64,000 nt of DNA from Epiperipatus broadwayi (GCA_028023455.1 JAQFVV010000004.1:6572001-6636000); one strand, 5' to 3'; counted from the stretch's first letter, positions 25,815 through 40,995 are shown. The notes: generated from the sequence alone by a model not told the origin. Translations and numbers: made by a program.

Positions 25815-28509
25815 AAGAGACAGATCTTATTTATATTATTTTAAATATACCTAATATGATTAAAGACCACTTCTCTGTTCAATTTCTCCTCTTTTTTATT
25901 AAAACTCTGTGAAGTCCAACTACATTGCACAATATTTTTAAACTCACTTAATTTCTTGAGTCTTACTTTATTTAACTTATAATCACTTACAATTGTTTAA
26001 GTCACCATATTCTTTAAGTGAAAAGCATTTGCCCTCTTAGAATTTGTTATAAATAAATAGACATTATAATTATTCTGATCTAATGAAGATTAACCAAGAA
26101 TCTAATGTTTTTCTCCTTACTGTTAGATTCATTATAACTTTGCTTCATGATCATATTTTTATTTTAATACAGCTTTAAGCATTGCTAACAAAACCTAAAA
26201 TATATTTATTATTATTTATAAATTTTTCTTCTTGATTTTCTGGATAAAATGCATTGTCATTAGATCTCTAATAGAGCTAATTAAAGATATCCTTTTTTAG
26301 GAAGTCTTTGTTAAGTCATATATTTCAAATCTTTTTACCTTATGTTAATTATAATAAATCTTCTTTAATACGAAACTGAATTACAAGACATAAAGGAATC
26401 AAAACTATAAAGATTGTGCTACTTTTAAGTCACAACTAAAAAGTTTAAGATTCCAAAGCACTAAAAAATTTACATATTTACTAATGACCAACCACTCTAA
26501 TTTCTGAATGAGGGAAAAATTAAATTTATGATGTTTATCCAAACCAATCCATGAAACACAAATATATTCACATACAGCATGTACTGGCTTTTTAATGTAA
26601 TTATTTTGTGAATATTATCTTTTAATTATAGTTTTTGCTGCATTATAACATTTTAAATGTGTTTTGGCAACAATTTTGACTAGGAATGTGAAACATAAAA
26701 ATTTGCGATCTGAATACAATTTTAATAATTTGAAAGTAGAAATAACCTGAGCATGTCCTGAGACTAAATGGTCTTTTTTATACTGCTATAAATAATAAGT
26801 GTTGATGATCTAATATTTAGCTGACTAATTAAATCAGCATGCAAAAAAACATAGTCTATATGAGAAAGGTCATCCAGAATACGAAAATGCGTTAAATATA
26901 AAAATTAGGCCTGATAGACTTTTAAAAATGTGTTAATGTAGCAATATACATTCAGGTTTTTAAAAACAAATAAAATTATATAGAAAAAATTCAAGTTAAA
27001 TCATTTTTACAAATGAAAAGGCAAATTGCACTGATAAATGAAAGGCAAGATGATAATGAACTGAGATGTTTGATTTAATCAAAGATTTTAATTTATTAAT
27101 TGTAATGTTCATCAGAAACATATAAAGGCTCAAATAAGCAAGTCGATCATTTACATTAATATTGAGAATTCAAACCTTCAAAAAAATTGTTTAATTTTAT
27201 CATTAAATCTGTTAATTAATAATTGATTTAGAAGATAATTTAACTTTAGAAAGGCTGAAGGGAATACAAAAAATGCATAAGCTATATCACAAAATTAAAC
27301 AAAAGTAGTATATTTAATAGAGCTGTCATAAAAATGATATATTTGGCTACCCAACATGAAATGTGAAATTCATAATCATAAAGATGAATAAAAAATTATC
27401 AACCACAAAAAAAAAAAAGGAGTGAATCATAATACCAAAAAAAAAAAAAAAAGAAATGAAAAAAGATCTTCTATAGACACTTTCAGTTTAATCAAAAGAT
27501 TCAAATATATTCAAATACTGATCAATTCTTAAATGCTTGGACTTTTAAAACAATATTTTCTTTAAAATCTAAAAGTTTCAGCAGCCTTCCCTCTTAATTA
27601 AGAGATCTTTTATATATTCTCTACTTTTAATTATTACATGTGAAATTGTTAAATAATAAAAGTTCAAAAGTAATTGGTGATTTATAAATTGATTTAGATT
27701 AAAATAACAAAAAGCGGAAATTTATCTAAAAATAATATTGATGCAAATGGTAATCTGAGAAAATACTTCTATTAAGCCTTAATCAAATAGATATGTTCTC
27801 ATAACAATACAAATAAAGTCAATACCTTGTGATATGAGTTGAAAGATTGAGAACAAAACAATTTTAAATAGGTTTGCCAAGCAACAAAATCTATGCATAT
27901 AATCATCTTAAAAAACATATCCTGCATCAGCAAGGTGGGTACATATAGCTTCGGAAGGGTTATATCATGTTTTTTTATGTTTGTATGTCACTGTTCACTA
28001 TTAAAATTATTTTGAATGAATAAACTTGAATTTCAAGTATAAATTATAAATACATATTGTATATAATAATTCATATCAAGGAAAATGGATTCATTTTAAA
28101 TTTTTCCACAAGTATTAAGGATAAAAGAGTAGTAGAATGGGGTTTGAGCCCAAATAATAATACAGTAATCATCTTGCCTTGAAGCCAGTTATATTTGTAT
28201 ATGATACTGCAATTTATGGACATTAATTTTTAATAAAGTTTTTAATAATTTTATTGTTTTTAAAATTTCAAAAAAAGGCAGTTATATAAAATATTCCTTT
28301 ACTAATAATACAATTTTTTATAGATTGGATATATTTCCAATATTTTGAATAAAATATATATATAAATTTTTTTAATGGAAGGCATAAAATTAATAATAAA
28401 TCAAACTAAAAATAAAAATTTTTAAAATATGTGTATATATAATTATTAATATTATATTAGCATTAGCTTATAATTCATTTCTTTACAATAAATATTAATT
28501 TGTTTTTCC

Positions 28510-28660
28510 AGGTTTAACAATAAAACCAGCTTTAAAAAAGCTGTATGGCTTTATTGCTTGGGAGTTCATAAGAGGTTTGGGTCCCAGACCTACAAGTGCC
28601 AGAATTGATCCTGGGACCTCCCGATCCCAAAAGTCAGACACTCTACAACTGCACCAAACG
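28510..28660 (-). mobile_element. Second tRNA-derived SINE family (degenerate)
   Basis: Reverse complement shows an A-box-like TGGTGCAGTTGTAG and a B-box-like GGATCAATTCT at tRNA spacing; only one copy in the window. Confidence 0.45.
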
Positions 28661-28823
28661 GTGAGGAGGGCTGTAAGGCCAAGTTGATTTTGATCTTCAT
28701 AGATAAATACTGCATTCTTATCAACAGATTCTGGGCTACTTAGATTCTTTATATTTATGTGTTCCAGAAATAAAATGTAATAATCTTTAATTAATCCATT
28801 ATGATGTATTTAGAAGTTTTATG

Positions 28824-29160
28824 CCAATAAACCTCATATGGCCACCACCTCTTATGCTTGTGTATAACTGTTATTAAAACAGACAAAACTCACTATACAT
28901 ATTGCCACACACAGCAAGCTATGCCAGAAGGCTTGTGCATAAAATCCCCATCTAGTGCCTACTAATCCAATATCCCCAAACTAGTTTCTGGCTTGTGGCC
29001 TTCGTCAGTGAGGAGCCTTGGATCTGAGAGTACTGCACCTAGATCTTAGGATCTAATGCAACCCTCCAGCAACCACCTTTTATCTTCATTTGACTACAAA
29101 ACTATGAGTCTTAAACTGAAAACACCTTAATGTTTTTCAATCCAAGCCCATTAGCCTATA
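28824..29160 (-). mobile_element. HHR family B, simple 5'-truncated copy B1
   Basis: 13-bp TSD TAGAAGTTTTATG (28811-28823 and 29161-29173). Confidence 0.9.
28974..29013 (-). ncRNA. Hammerhead motif, family B
   Basis: Reverse complement reads CCTCA-CTGACGA-aGGC(cacaa)GCCa-GAAA-CTAGT-T-TGGGG. Confidence 0.8.
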
Positions 29161-29747
29161 TAGAAGTTTTATGTATGTCTAGATACAAATTTCTATGTAT
29201 GTCGTTTAAATATGTCAAAAACAACATATATATATATATATATGCATGCACATTTTTAAATTACAAAAAAATATCAACATTTAATTTCAGCAGAATAACA
29301 CACACGTAAAAGTTAATATTAATATAAAATAAAAATACTTTAATAGCATAGAGAAGAGATTCCTGGTGGATTCAGTGGAAATCAAAAAAAAAGAGACTAC
29401 AAATCTTTTCTGCACCATGAAGTGCACACCGAATTAAAACAATTAAAATACATGTGCTTATTATTGCATGATATAATTTATAATTTTTTGAGACATTAAA
29501 ATGTATTAAGGAAAAGTAATTCACTATCATCAAATAAACAAAAAAATATGTTGAACCCTGCCTAAATGTCATCAATTGATAATTTTCTATTCAGTTGATC
29601 TATATTCAAGCAAGGAAGGAGTGCATGGCACAATGATCACACATTTTCATATCATGTTGGCAAACAAGGTTTGAATTTAGACCAAGTATACTTAATTAGC
29701 ATCTGATAGATTTTTTTTTCCACATAGCCAATTCAGCGAAACTGCCA

Positions 29748-29821
29748 ATCATCATCATCATCATCATCAACCATTATCAATCCACTGAAGGATGAAGGTT
29801 TCTCCAAGTTCAATCCACCTG
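29748..29821 (-). mobile_element. RTE LINE 3' tail fragment
   Basis: Matches the end of 30850-31365 and carries a (TGA)n tail. Confidence 0.8.
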
Positions 29822-29910
29822 TTCTTAGTTACACGATAAAACAAAAATGAGAAAGGAACAAATTATCATTAGATGGTAATTTGCAAAATGATGAATATCA
29901 CTTTCTTCAT

Positions 29911-30022
29911 TTTTTTTTTTTTTTAAGTGTCGTAGCATCGGCCGGGACGCGAACCCGCAACCCGGGCTACTGCCTGCAAGTGCAAGGCAGTCGCGCTGAC
30001 CTCTCGACCACCAATGCAAGAC
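29911..30022 (-). mobile_element. tRNA-Gly-derived SINE, young CpG-rich copy
   Basis: 12-bp TSD CACTTTCTTCAT (29899-29910 and 30023-30034); CTTGCA duplicated in the anticodon loop. Confidence 0.92.
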
Positions 30023-30849
30023 CACTTTCTTCATTGCTTTTCAATAAGAAGCTATTGCGAAGATTTTTTTTGCCCTGCAGTATTAATTAAAGGCTATTTT
30101 ACTTCTTACCATACTTTCAGAGAGAAAAAAAAACCTAATATATATGTATAATTAAAATATTAAAATAATCTAAAAAATAAAATATAATAACTGGATTGTA
30201 ATTTCAATATTTTTATAAAACGAAAATATCTAGTAAATAAATCACTAACAAAAAAAAAAAAAAAAAATCAAACATTCAAAAACATGTGTTATTCTAAAGT
30301 TAAGCTGAATAAGATTAGAAATATTTTATAAACTGGCGAAACATTTACAATTCAACGTAAAAAGTCTATTGAGAATAAACTTGTGCTAATTAACACTGTA
30401 AAGATAAATAAAATTTACATTAAGAAGTAGTCAGTTTATGTCTTTATAACTTATACATTTTCATCTAATGATGTTTATTTTATTATATTTATTTATGATG
30501 TATATTAACATTCAATACAGTTGCAGAAATTTACCTCAATACTGCACTAATATTAATATAAAAGATTAAATTCCAGAGTATAATTTAACATTCGAGCTGC
30601 TAAATTTACCTTTATTATGCCTCAAGCTGAAAATGGAAACAAATATTTATTAAACTAATAAATTTTCAAACATATTAGTCTCTTTCTCTGTATATATATA
30701 TAGCAAGTGTATGTTTTCATATACAACTATATCAGCAACAATAACAACAACAACAACAACAACAAAAAGAAAAAAATCGATATTATGATAATGGTAAAAA
30801 AATATGGAAGAAAAATGAAACAATAAAAAAACCTTTATCTAAAAAAATA

Positions 30850-31365
30850 TATGGTTGGAGTGCTTTTGGTAGAAATAACTTGATACTAAAAGGAAATATG
30901 CCTATGTGTTTGAAAAGGAAGGTTTTTTAATAAATGTGTTATGCCAGTTCTTACTTATGGATCTGAGACTTGGACACTTAATAGAAGAGCAATACAGAGA
31001 CTTCAGACCACTCAAAGAAGTATGGAGAAATGCATGTTGGGAGTAACAAGAAGGGATCGAAAACGCAATGTATGGTTAATAGAACAAACAAGTGTTACTG
31101 ACGTCATTGGAAAAATTAAAAGACTGAAGTGGAGTTGGGCTGGACATATTGCTAGAAGAGATGATAATAGATGGACAATTGAAATTTTAAACTGGATTCC
31201 AATTGATCGTAAAAGACCCAGAAAGAGACCACATGTGAGATGGATGGATGAAATAAGAAAGTGTGCAGGGGTGATGTGGAGAAGAGAAGCTAAAGATAGG
31301 AAAAAATGGATTGAACTTGGAGAGATCTTCATCCTGCAGTGGATTGATAATGGTTGATGATATGT
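30850..31365 (+). mobile_element. RTE-clade LINE ORF C-terminal fragment
   Basis: Open 138-aa frame PVLTYGSETW...KWSWAGHIARR..RW...RPRKRP..RWMDEI, a classic RTE C-terminus. Confidence 0.92.
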
Positions 31366-32603
31366 ATTTGAAAAAAAAACAGGACAAAAGTTGGAGAGGC
31401 TCTGAGAAGGTCATAGTAATAAGTATGATGTGTTCTTGGACAAATGACTAATGATGGTTTACTATGAGTAATGAACATTATACACGTAAATAGTCAAGTA
31501 AGGTGATGTCACACCTTCATGAGTAATTTATTGGTTATACACATCTAAATTACAATTACCTATTTATCAATGATTATTCATTCTTCCATAAGGGTGTTAA
31601 AATGAATAGAAACTTCTTCCTATGTTGCAAGAAATCTGTGCGATAGAATAATATTGGTCTGCTAGCAGGCTCATCTGATAAGCCAAGATTATTTATGAAA
31701 TGCAAGCAGGAAAAAAAAATGGTCTGAAAATTTTACATTGTTCAATATTTGTGATGTAATGGAGATAAGAGATACACTGCTAAAAGTAATTTAAAAATTC
31801 TCTATAGAACAATTATTAAAATGGATAGAAACCAGTCAATATCTTATGAGAAAGTGATATATTGGAAAAATAGCTAGATAAACCTATATAGTAATAAAAT
31901 ATAATCAATTGCTACAATTTAAACTGCACTATCTGTGCATGACTGAAATTATAGCAGCTATATATATATATATCAAAATTGAGTGATCTGGAATTTTTAA
32001 ACTGGAAGATAGTTAAGATTTAATGGTGTTTGAGATGGGAAGTGAACTAAGAAAAATTGTAAAAAGTTAAAAATAGAACTAGTATTGTTGTGTTTCATTT
32101 TTTATATTAATCTCACCAAATAAATTTAAAAATGTAACTGAAACAACTACTTATTTCCAAAGATAATTTGATTTTTGTTCTACGTGATAATACAGCATTT
32201 ACTTCCAAAATAATTCTACATGAAATTATTACAATGCTTCATTAGCACTTGCAGCAAAAAAAAACAAAACAAACAACCTGTGTGGTGTTATTTTAGCTGT
32301 AAAAATATGATCACATTTTTAAAGCATCTCCCTAACTTCAAAATAGCATTGACTAATTTAGGGATTAATACATTCAGTGGATTACTAATACATATTAGTT
32401 TTTAAAAAAATAACAACAATGTCTACTGCTATTCATCATGTAAGGCAAGAATAAGACGAGAAAGAGAACAAATTATGAAATTGGGGAAATATATTATGGG
32501 GAAAAGGTAATGATTTGCTACATTTTATGTATGGTGTATATATAAAAAGTTTTTTTTTTTAAAAAAAAAAAAGAATAAAACGGTTAAAAAAAATTAAAGA
32601 TAC

Positions 32604-32712
32604 TTTTTCTTTTTTTTCATGTCATAGCATCAGCCAGGAAGCGAACCCACTAACCCGGGACAACTGCTTGTAAGGCAGCTGTGCTGACTACTCAACCACC
32701 AATGCTTGATAT
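32604..32712 (-). mobile_element. tRNA-Gly-derived SINE (TAC at the anticodon position)
   Basis: GCATTGGTGG head, B box, TATGACATG tail, A-tail. Confidence 0.9.
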
Positions 32713-33092
32713 GTAAGTATGAGAATAATAATAAAACAAACTCCAATAATAAATAAAAGTACATCAAATATGGTTGCAATAGAACCCCCTCTCCCACCCA
32801 TACAAGAGAATACAACAGAAGGAAAAAAGAAAGCCAGAATAGCCACCTAAAAACCATGAATCCCCCCCCCCAAAAAAAAAAAACCCAGACCAAAAGTACA
32901 ACACAACAGGCAATGGATATAAGCCAACAGCAAGTAGTTTCAATCTAGAATCTGAATCAATATTATATGAAATAAAAACTGATAATAAATACGACAAGGA
33001 TTTAAAAACGCATAAGCCTTTAACTACTACAGCAATTTAAACTAAAATCTTTAGAATCTAAACTTCACTCTATTATAAATTTATAGAAAGAC

Positions 33093-36000
33093 ATGAAGAT
33101 AAAAACTGGATCTCTTAACATTAGAGGCATAAACACAATCAAAAAAGCCTTTTCAACTCAACAAATGAATACATACAACACAGCCACAAATCATAGGCTT
33201 GCTGGAAACAAAAATATAGAAAGGCTCTCAAATTGACCCATCAAAATATTTAGTCAACCAAGGGGTTTGTGTCTGCTCAAGAGAGCCATCACCACTTTCA
33301 AGTGGAACAGGCATAATTGAATCCCATATTGCTCTTTCAAATCCTTTAAAATTATATATATTGACTCTAATCTTATCATATCACTCCACCATCAAAGGAT
33401 CATACTTAACCTCCAGAATCACATCAACAATAAATTCAATGCTTACTGCAACATCTAATCCTATAATACTCTTAGGAGATTCCAATATGACCTATCACAC
33501 TTACGAGTTCTGATAGTTTTCTCCCATCAAACTCAATATCATTTAATAACAATAGACATACCTCGCTTATAGATTTGTTTTTCTATTCACCAATGTTATG
33601 CCATTTTTTAAATCTTGAGCTCAATCCATCTAAAATTTCAAATCATGCTGCTCAAATCATCATTCTTGACCGAACAGACATAGAACAATAAGCCTTCAGA
33701 AGACTATGCACATACTTCTTCCAGAACACACAAGTGAATTCCTATATTCACAAACATATATAATACTAAAAAACTTTAAACAATGTCAATTGACCCAATA
33801 CAAAAGTATATAGCATACACCAATACACTTTCTTTCTCAACATTAATTATATCACTTCCAATTTACCCCCCTACAAGATTATTAGCATTGGTGGATGAAC
33901 TAAATAAAAGAATAATCATCTGCAGACCAACTGTAGACAATCAAACACAGATTTAAAATCTTACAGAAATGTATAACAACACATGCAACACCTTAAAGCA
34001 ATACATAGTAGTAAAAAAGAAGAAAATGTACCTCACACAGCAACATGTGGACCAGGGCATACATACAGTGAGTACTAAAATATCCCTCCACAGACAAAGT
34101 GCATATGGTGCATGAAATAGATGGCACTGTAAAAGCTGGACATAATATGATAATCTGAATATATCAACATTTTAAAGAAAAACTGTAAAAACAAAAAGCA
34201 TACACACCAATAACTACAACTTACACTGTTTTCCAATTTGCAACAATAGCAAACACATGCCACCCAGAATCACAAGGTATTCTCAAATTTGTGTTCAAAC
34301 ACCTTAACCACTTCACAGTGAAATACCTATGCAGTCTTTCCAATTACATATCACAAAAAATTACAACATACAAAACCTACATCCAATTGCAATAGTTCCA
34401 TTTAATAAAAAAACAGCAGCAATATCATCCCTGTCTAATCTATGATCAATCTCAATGGGGCCTTTAGGAATAAAAATTATTGAAAGTGTAATAAAGGAGA
34501 AGATAGAAAAACACATATTCCCTGAATTATTATCAGCTCACTATGCCAAACAGGCTCATCTATTGGGCAAGATGCCCTCATGTACAAAACAATTATTGAA
34601 GTAGTAAAGAAAAAAAAAATGCACTGATTACAGTACAAAGTGACATTGAGGCAACTTTCAACTCCATGCCCATCGCCAAATTATTTGATATGCTAAAAAA
34701 GAACAATACCCCCATGTCTTCTATATATAATAGTCAATCTACTACTCATCCGTGAAATGAATAGGAAAAAATCCCTAGCTTTCAAACCTAGTCAATGCAT
34801 CCCACAAGTATCCCCATCAGCACATTACCCTCCGCAAAGGAATTCAAATCCAAAACTCTTTTTTATATATATATCATGCATAGCCTATATGGACAATGTA
34901 ACCATTTTCCTCCCTCTAAAAAGAATCTCCCCACTTTACAAGATATAATCAAGGATTATACTCCCAATTTTAACTTTTAAAAATTAACACAAATAAAATT
35001 GCTGCATGATTCATATCTACAGTACAGATATGTTTAAAGGCAAACAGACACACAATTAATATTTTTCACACACAGAAATCAATAAATCTATTAAAAGCCA
35101 GCACAAAAAGATTTTCCAAATCTGAAGTGGGTAATTGATATAGAAAGCACAGACCAACCACTCCCATCATATGGATACATATTCACACTGATTGAAGAAC
35201 TCAAGCCAATATATAACCAAATATCACTCAATGGTGATAACAAGCATATATATACTGGGACATTTATAATATTCTAAACCCAAGACAACATCTAATCCAT
35301 ATCCATCAGCTTTTGGGATACACAATAGGCAACTGCTGCAACAATTCAGAAAGTGATCATTAGAAGCAAAATTATTCAATTTCCTGCTTAAGCTTAATCT
35401 AAATACCCTATCCACAACATATTTCTTTAGATTTCTAGATTCTATACTAATATAGACCTTCTTTGTGGACTCTATCATAGAGAAGAAGAGACACAAGATC
35501 ATTTACTTCATTCCTGTACTGCAATGGAAACAATATGTCATACAATGTTTACCATATACAGAAAGGCACAAGTCTCAATTGATAAAATAATAAACAATTT
35601 TAAAAGAGGCAACATCCCTGCTATCCATGCTGCAGCATACAGCCTCCATGCCTACTAGTGTACTAGATGCTCTTTTGTTCTTGTTAGTAATCCTCAATGA
35701 CACCCAGTACCCTAGCTCAACCAGATATGTTTGCAGCCATTTGATCACACTTGAACCCAACATCTAGTCTATAAAAAATAAATCCAATATGATACATGTG
35801 ATGACTCCAATATAATCAATTTCAACATTAAAACCAAACAGTGAAATGCAAGCACAAATTGAACTAAAACACTAAAACAAACAAAGACGTTTGCAGAATG
35901 GATAAAGGGCTGGAAAAGTAACCAAACAGCCCTCTGGTTCCTCAATAGTAAAGACTTATGTAATGAATTTTTGTCATATTCAGTCTTCTTGCTTAATTGT

Positions 36001-36120
36001 AAATTTGTTTTGCTATTACTAACATTGACAATTGCAACATAAATCAATGTATGACTAAATGTGACTCTGTAACCTTTTAGATTCAATAAATATTGGCTTT
36101 GAATCATCATCATCATTATA
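33093..36120 (+). mobile_element. Degenerate L1/Tx1-like LINE ORF2 and 3' region
   Basis: MKIKTGSLNIRGIN EN start at 33093; RT remnants near 34390-34960 (IAYMDNVTIFLP); similar to 14040-18575 and 42420-44130. Confidence 0.8.
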
Positions 36121-37990
36121 AGAAACATGTTTGAGCAACTAAAATAGTTTTAAATTAAGCAAATAATGGACTATCAGATAAATCAAATGAACACTTAATT
36201 AGAAAATTCTTTTAAAGATTTTGCTAAATTTTATATATACAAGAGAAGTTATCAAGAATAACAATAGTTAGCTTGAGAGAAAGATAATACAACAATCAAT
36301 TCATCATATCATTCTGCCTTTAAAATGTCCAAATAAATTATTTATACTAAACACTGTATTAATGCAAGAAAAATTATTATAGTCTTTACAGGAATTGAAT
36401 ACTCAAAAATGCAATATAAAAATGACAAATATATTAGCACAAAAAATATAAATGTTATGCACCAAATGATGCAAATCTAGTTTGTATAATTATATAACAT
36501 AATATTATATTTTCAATTAAAAAATTTAAAGCAATATATGATTCAAGCTGAACTTTAGCAATATGGTTAACCTACACTTATTGAGATGGTTATGTGTCTG
36601 ATGACATACAATAACATATTAGTAAGTGTGTACCACACACATGTATATAAAGTTGAAGAGAAAAGGAGAAATAAATACAAACCAATTTTTTTGTAGACAT
36701 TTTCTACATTACATTGGAATAACAGTTAAGAGTTAAATAATAATTTTGTATTTAAAAAATTATTACAAACTAAACATTTAAAAAGGTTTTACTCGGATTT
36801 TGATAATTAAAACAAACATGTTTTTATCTTACAATAGAAGACTTCTAATTATAAAATTCCACTATTTTAATTAGATTAAGACTTTTTTAAAAAATTAAAG
36901 CTTATATAAAGCTTTTGATAAAAATTAGAATAATAACTCTGATAAAATCCAACAAAATTATTGGTAAGGGGATTAAGAAAACTTTTTAGATAAGGTGTTG
37001 GTTTAGATTAAAAAGAGTCATTAACTTTTTTTGATCAATATAAAGAAAGAATTTATTGTTGTGTTTTTAAATTCCATCATTCAGTATAAAAGATGGATTT
37101 AAAAGATCAAAAAGTCATTGACTTACAATGGATAACAGCATTATTATTATGAAGTTATAATGGAAGGCAAGAAGTAGAGCTGCTGCTAATATCAGAATGG
37201 TAGAGTTTGAATTCACATGGATGTAAGGCCCAGATTATTGTGTTTCATAGCATATGTATGTGTATTACACAGCACGCCTGAAGTCTAGCAAATTATAGAC
37301 TGAATGTCAACAGTTACCAGATTATACCTTTCCTGAAGATAACAAGTCAATCTATTGTTTTAGAAGGAACCAGCTTACTAAGAGATTCCATCAGCTTGCT
37401 AAAAATAGTTTATACATATACTGTTTTAACTATATGCAGAGGAGTACTGATAAATGTATTGACATATATATAAAGTACAGCTGGTGTGTAGAATGTAATA
37501 TATTCAGACTAATATTATTTTAAATAATTTCTTGAAAATGACAGTTAAAATTTCTAATTTACAGAATTTAAAAAATAACTTTTGTCTAAATTATTCAACT
37601 AAAACTAAAATAAGTTTTCTTAAATAAATGACATTTGTCTTCTGCTTGTATTTTACTTTTGATAGTAGAAAAAGAAAACTACAGAAGTTTTTTAAAATAG
37701 TAAAAATACCACAAAGATCTTAACAAACTGTTGAAACTAGAATGAGTGATGTTTTTTTTAAAGAAAAAACTTTTACTTACAATTAAAAAATAATGGGATG
37801 TTAATGTTGATAATATTTAAAAGTCGTACAATTTACTTTTTTATATATACACACATGCATGTGCATTTTATGTATATTTTCAACATGGAATTATGTCTTA
37901 GTTTGATCAGTTCATTATTTTTGACAAATGAAATATCATATGATATAAATGTCAGTGTGCGCACATTTGAGTATAGATTTACATATATGT

Positions 37991-38165
37991 TAAATTGAGA
38001 CACTGCTGAATCTCACTGCACTCATTAAAATACCTATCCAACAGCTAATCAGATGTCATACAGCCAATCAGATGTCATGATAGTCATCAAGCTATCATGA
38101 CATCTGATTGGCTGTTGGATAGGTATTTTAATGAGTGCAGTGAGATTCAGCAGTGTCTCAATTTA
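37991..38165. repeat. Palindromic MITE-like hairpin
   Basis: Arms 37991-38083 and 38092-38165 with an 8-nt loop; the left arm has an internal tandem duplication of about 19 bp; TA at both ends. Confidence 0.85.
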
Positions 38166-39788
38166 TTTCAATTTTCAATTATCTGTGCTTCACAAATTAA
38201 AAATATTATTTATATATGTTAAATTAATCATTCATGTATTATTAAAAATAAATGATATTTTATTATTTGTCTATCACAATTCTAAAATATTATTTTTCTA
38301 AATTTTATTCAGCTCATTTAAGTGTTTTTATATAGATGTGTTTCATGTAGACACATATATTAAAATCACTCATCTACCATATGTATGTTAAAATTATTAT
38401 GTATTATTAAAAATGATTTTTTTATTATTGGTTTATAACAATTCAAAGATGTTAATTTTAAATTATATATAGCTATATTTTATGTAAATCTATTGAGATA
38501 TATTTATAAATTACAATGTAATAGCATATTTTTTGTGTATTTTAATCAAAATCAAAATGCTGAATTTATAGTCTATTGAGCAGAACTTAATTTTATTGTT
38601 ATTAATAAATTTATATTTTATTAAGTTATTCCAGTGAATTTATTTAATCTTAAAATATTATAAATTGTTATATAATGGTATTATCTCTTATTCATAATAA
38701 CAATTACAAAGTTCTTGCTCACTGAGCCAGATTTGTACATAATGGTCAGTTATGTAGATCGGGGTTTATGTTTAGTGTTATGGACATTCAGTTGATGATT
38801 TTATTACTTTTCTGTAATGCTGGATGGTGCAAAGGGAATATCCTTTAAAGCCCATGCACTAAATTTTATTTTATTACTAATTAGAAATTAAGTTCATTGA
38901 TGGCCAGTACATTAATGGTACTACATGGCCAGAGGACATTGATGATGATCAGCATGTTTTATTATCCCAGCATTATTTTTTTTTGTTATATTCTTATAGA
39001 TTAGCACTTTAGTTTGTGCATCTAAATTATTGTGTAGTATACCCAAGCTTGGCAATGGGGTAAATAATTATCCCGAATCACTTTCAAATTCAGTCACAAG
39101 GTTGACTGTTGATTTTATTTTTTGATCATTCATGATTATAAATAATTATTAATTGTAATGCTGGGTGAACTTATAATTTGTTTTTTTGCTTATCTCTCAT
39201 TCACATTCATTATATATTTTGTATATTTGAATTTGAGTCTTTGACTTGGAGTTAATGATGATGATTTTCCATCATGCAAGGTTCACTCCTACATTTTGTA
39301 TCATTATATTATATTTTCTATATTGTAACTATGCAATACTTTGAAACTTAAAATTAAAATAATGAAAGGTTAACAGAATAATTGTCACATTAAACAACAG
39401 TGAATATTTTTATTGCTATTATAAATAAAAAGCATCAAAATATTTTTGATGTGATCCTAAAGATTATGTTGATGCTTTATAAACAGATTGCAAAAATTCT
39501 TTATTCTTTTGATAAGTTTGACTGTTATAATTCTACTGCAGTAATAGTAAGAGCTAGGTACAAATAGTCACTAAACATAAAAACAAAATAAAATATAAAA
39601 TAATGAAATATGTGAATTATATGATAAAATTTAATTTCTCTATTTAATAAAATACCATTTTACTAACGTTTAGCATAATTTCATTTGAGCAGGAAATTCT
39701 TCAAAAATTATTGTTCAGTGTTAAACAACTCTGTACAATTATTATATCAAAGGATTATTCAAAACTTTAGCTGTTTATTAAAAAAAGA

Positions 39789-40106
39789 GAGTATATGAGT
39801 TCAGACTTTCACACGACCCACCAATCTCCACTCTATCTCATAACACTGATACACTTGAAGCCTGTCCTTTAAAGTATAAGGATTGGCTATCTATGTGTAG
39901 AGATAGTAATCTGGACCAACTGATGATTGCTGGTTTAGCATGAAATACTTATATTGGTGATTATTTATCTTTTCAACATATATGTGTTCAAGTATATCAG
40001 TGTTATGCAATAGAGTGGAGATTGGTGGGACGTGTGAAAGTCTGTGCTCATATATCTTATATATTACATATATAGACACAAGTATATATAAGCCTGTGTG
40101 TTTCAG
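39789..40106. mobile_element. HHR family A composite insertion A5
   Basis: Short antisense arm joined to a sense arm through TTGAA microhomology (39855-39859); 11-bp TSD TTAAAAAAAGA (39778-39788 and 40107-40117). Confidence 0.9.
39916..39957 (+). ncRNA. Hammerhead motif, family A
   Basis: CCAA-CTGATGA-tTGCT(ggttt)AGCAt-GAAA-TACTTAT-A-TTGG. Confidence 0.8.
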
Positions 40107-40553
40107 TTAAAAAAAGAAAGAGAAAAAACTTGAAAAATCCTAACAACATAAAACTCATTTTTGAAAGAATAATCTAACATAAAAGATTTCCTCAGTCATC
40201 AACTAAATAATCCAAATCATCCTTTTTAAATGATGACACAATTTATATTCTAAACTATTACAATCCATAGATCATTATATGAAATTCCACTCTGAATAAG
40301 ACAAAAATATGAGCAATAGAAATATTTCCAATAAAAAGTTTTTCAAACTGATAATTTAGTTTGTTTATATAAGAATGGCAATCATTACAATGGCTATATA
40401 ATAAATAAAACTAGAGTAACTGCTTACTTCAATTGTACAAACAAGGCAAAACTCTCTCCATACAGTAGTGCCACCCTGTGCCAATCAGAGTAATCAATGG
40501 ATGCCAGAATGCTTGTGCATAAAATCCCTATCTAATGCCTACTCATCCAATAT

Positions 40554-40593
40554 CCCCAGACTAGTTTCTGGCTTGTGGACATCATCAGTGAGG
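40554..40593 (-). ncRNA. Hammerhead motif, family B
   Basis: Reverse complement reads CCTCA-CTGATGA-TGTC(cacaa)GCCA-GAAA-CTAGT-C-TGGGG. Confidence 0.8.
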
Positions 40594-40955
40594 AGCCTTG
40601 GATCTGAGAGCACTGCACCTAGATCTTAGGATCTAATGCAACCCTCCAGCAACCACCTTTTATCTCCACTTAACTACAAAACTATGAGAATAAAATTGAA
40701 AACACAATAATATTTTCAATCTAAGATCAATAGCTTATATAGACATATGGATCTGAACTCAATTCGGTATCCATACATTTTGGTGGCTTTGGCTCTTTAA
40801 CAACCATAGCCACCACTATCCTATTAGGCAGGATTGGTGTTAAACCACTAAACATCACATGATCACTATCTCATACTAGCACATAATTGTTATTAAACAA
40901 GGCAAAACTCTCTCCATACCTAAGATCTAGGTGCAGTGCTCTCAGATCCAAGGCT

Positions 40956-40995
40956 CCTCACTGATGATGGTCACAAGCCAAAAACTAGTCTGGGG
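40956..40995 (+). ncRNA. Hammerhead motif, family B (G12>A)
   Basis: CCTCA-CTGATGA-TGGT(cacaa)GCCA-AAAA-CTAGT-C-TGGGG. Confidence 0.75.

Noticed and set aside
38600-39330. Very old LINE C-terminal fragment on the minus strand
   Set aside because: Only suggestive Cys/His spacing across many stop codons.
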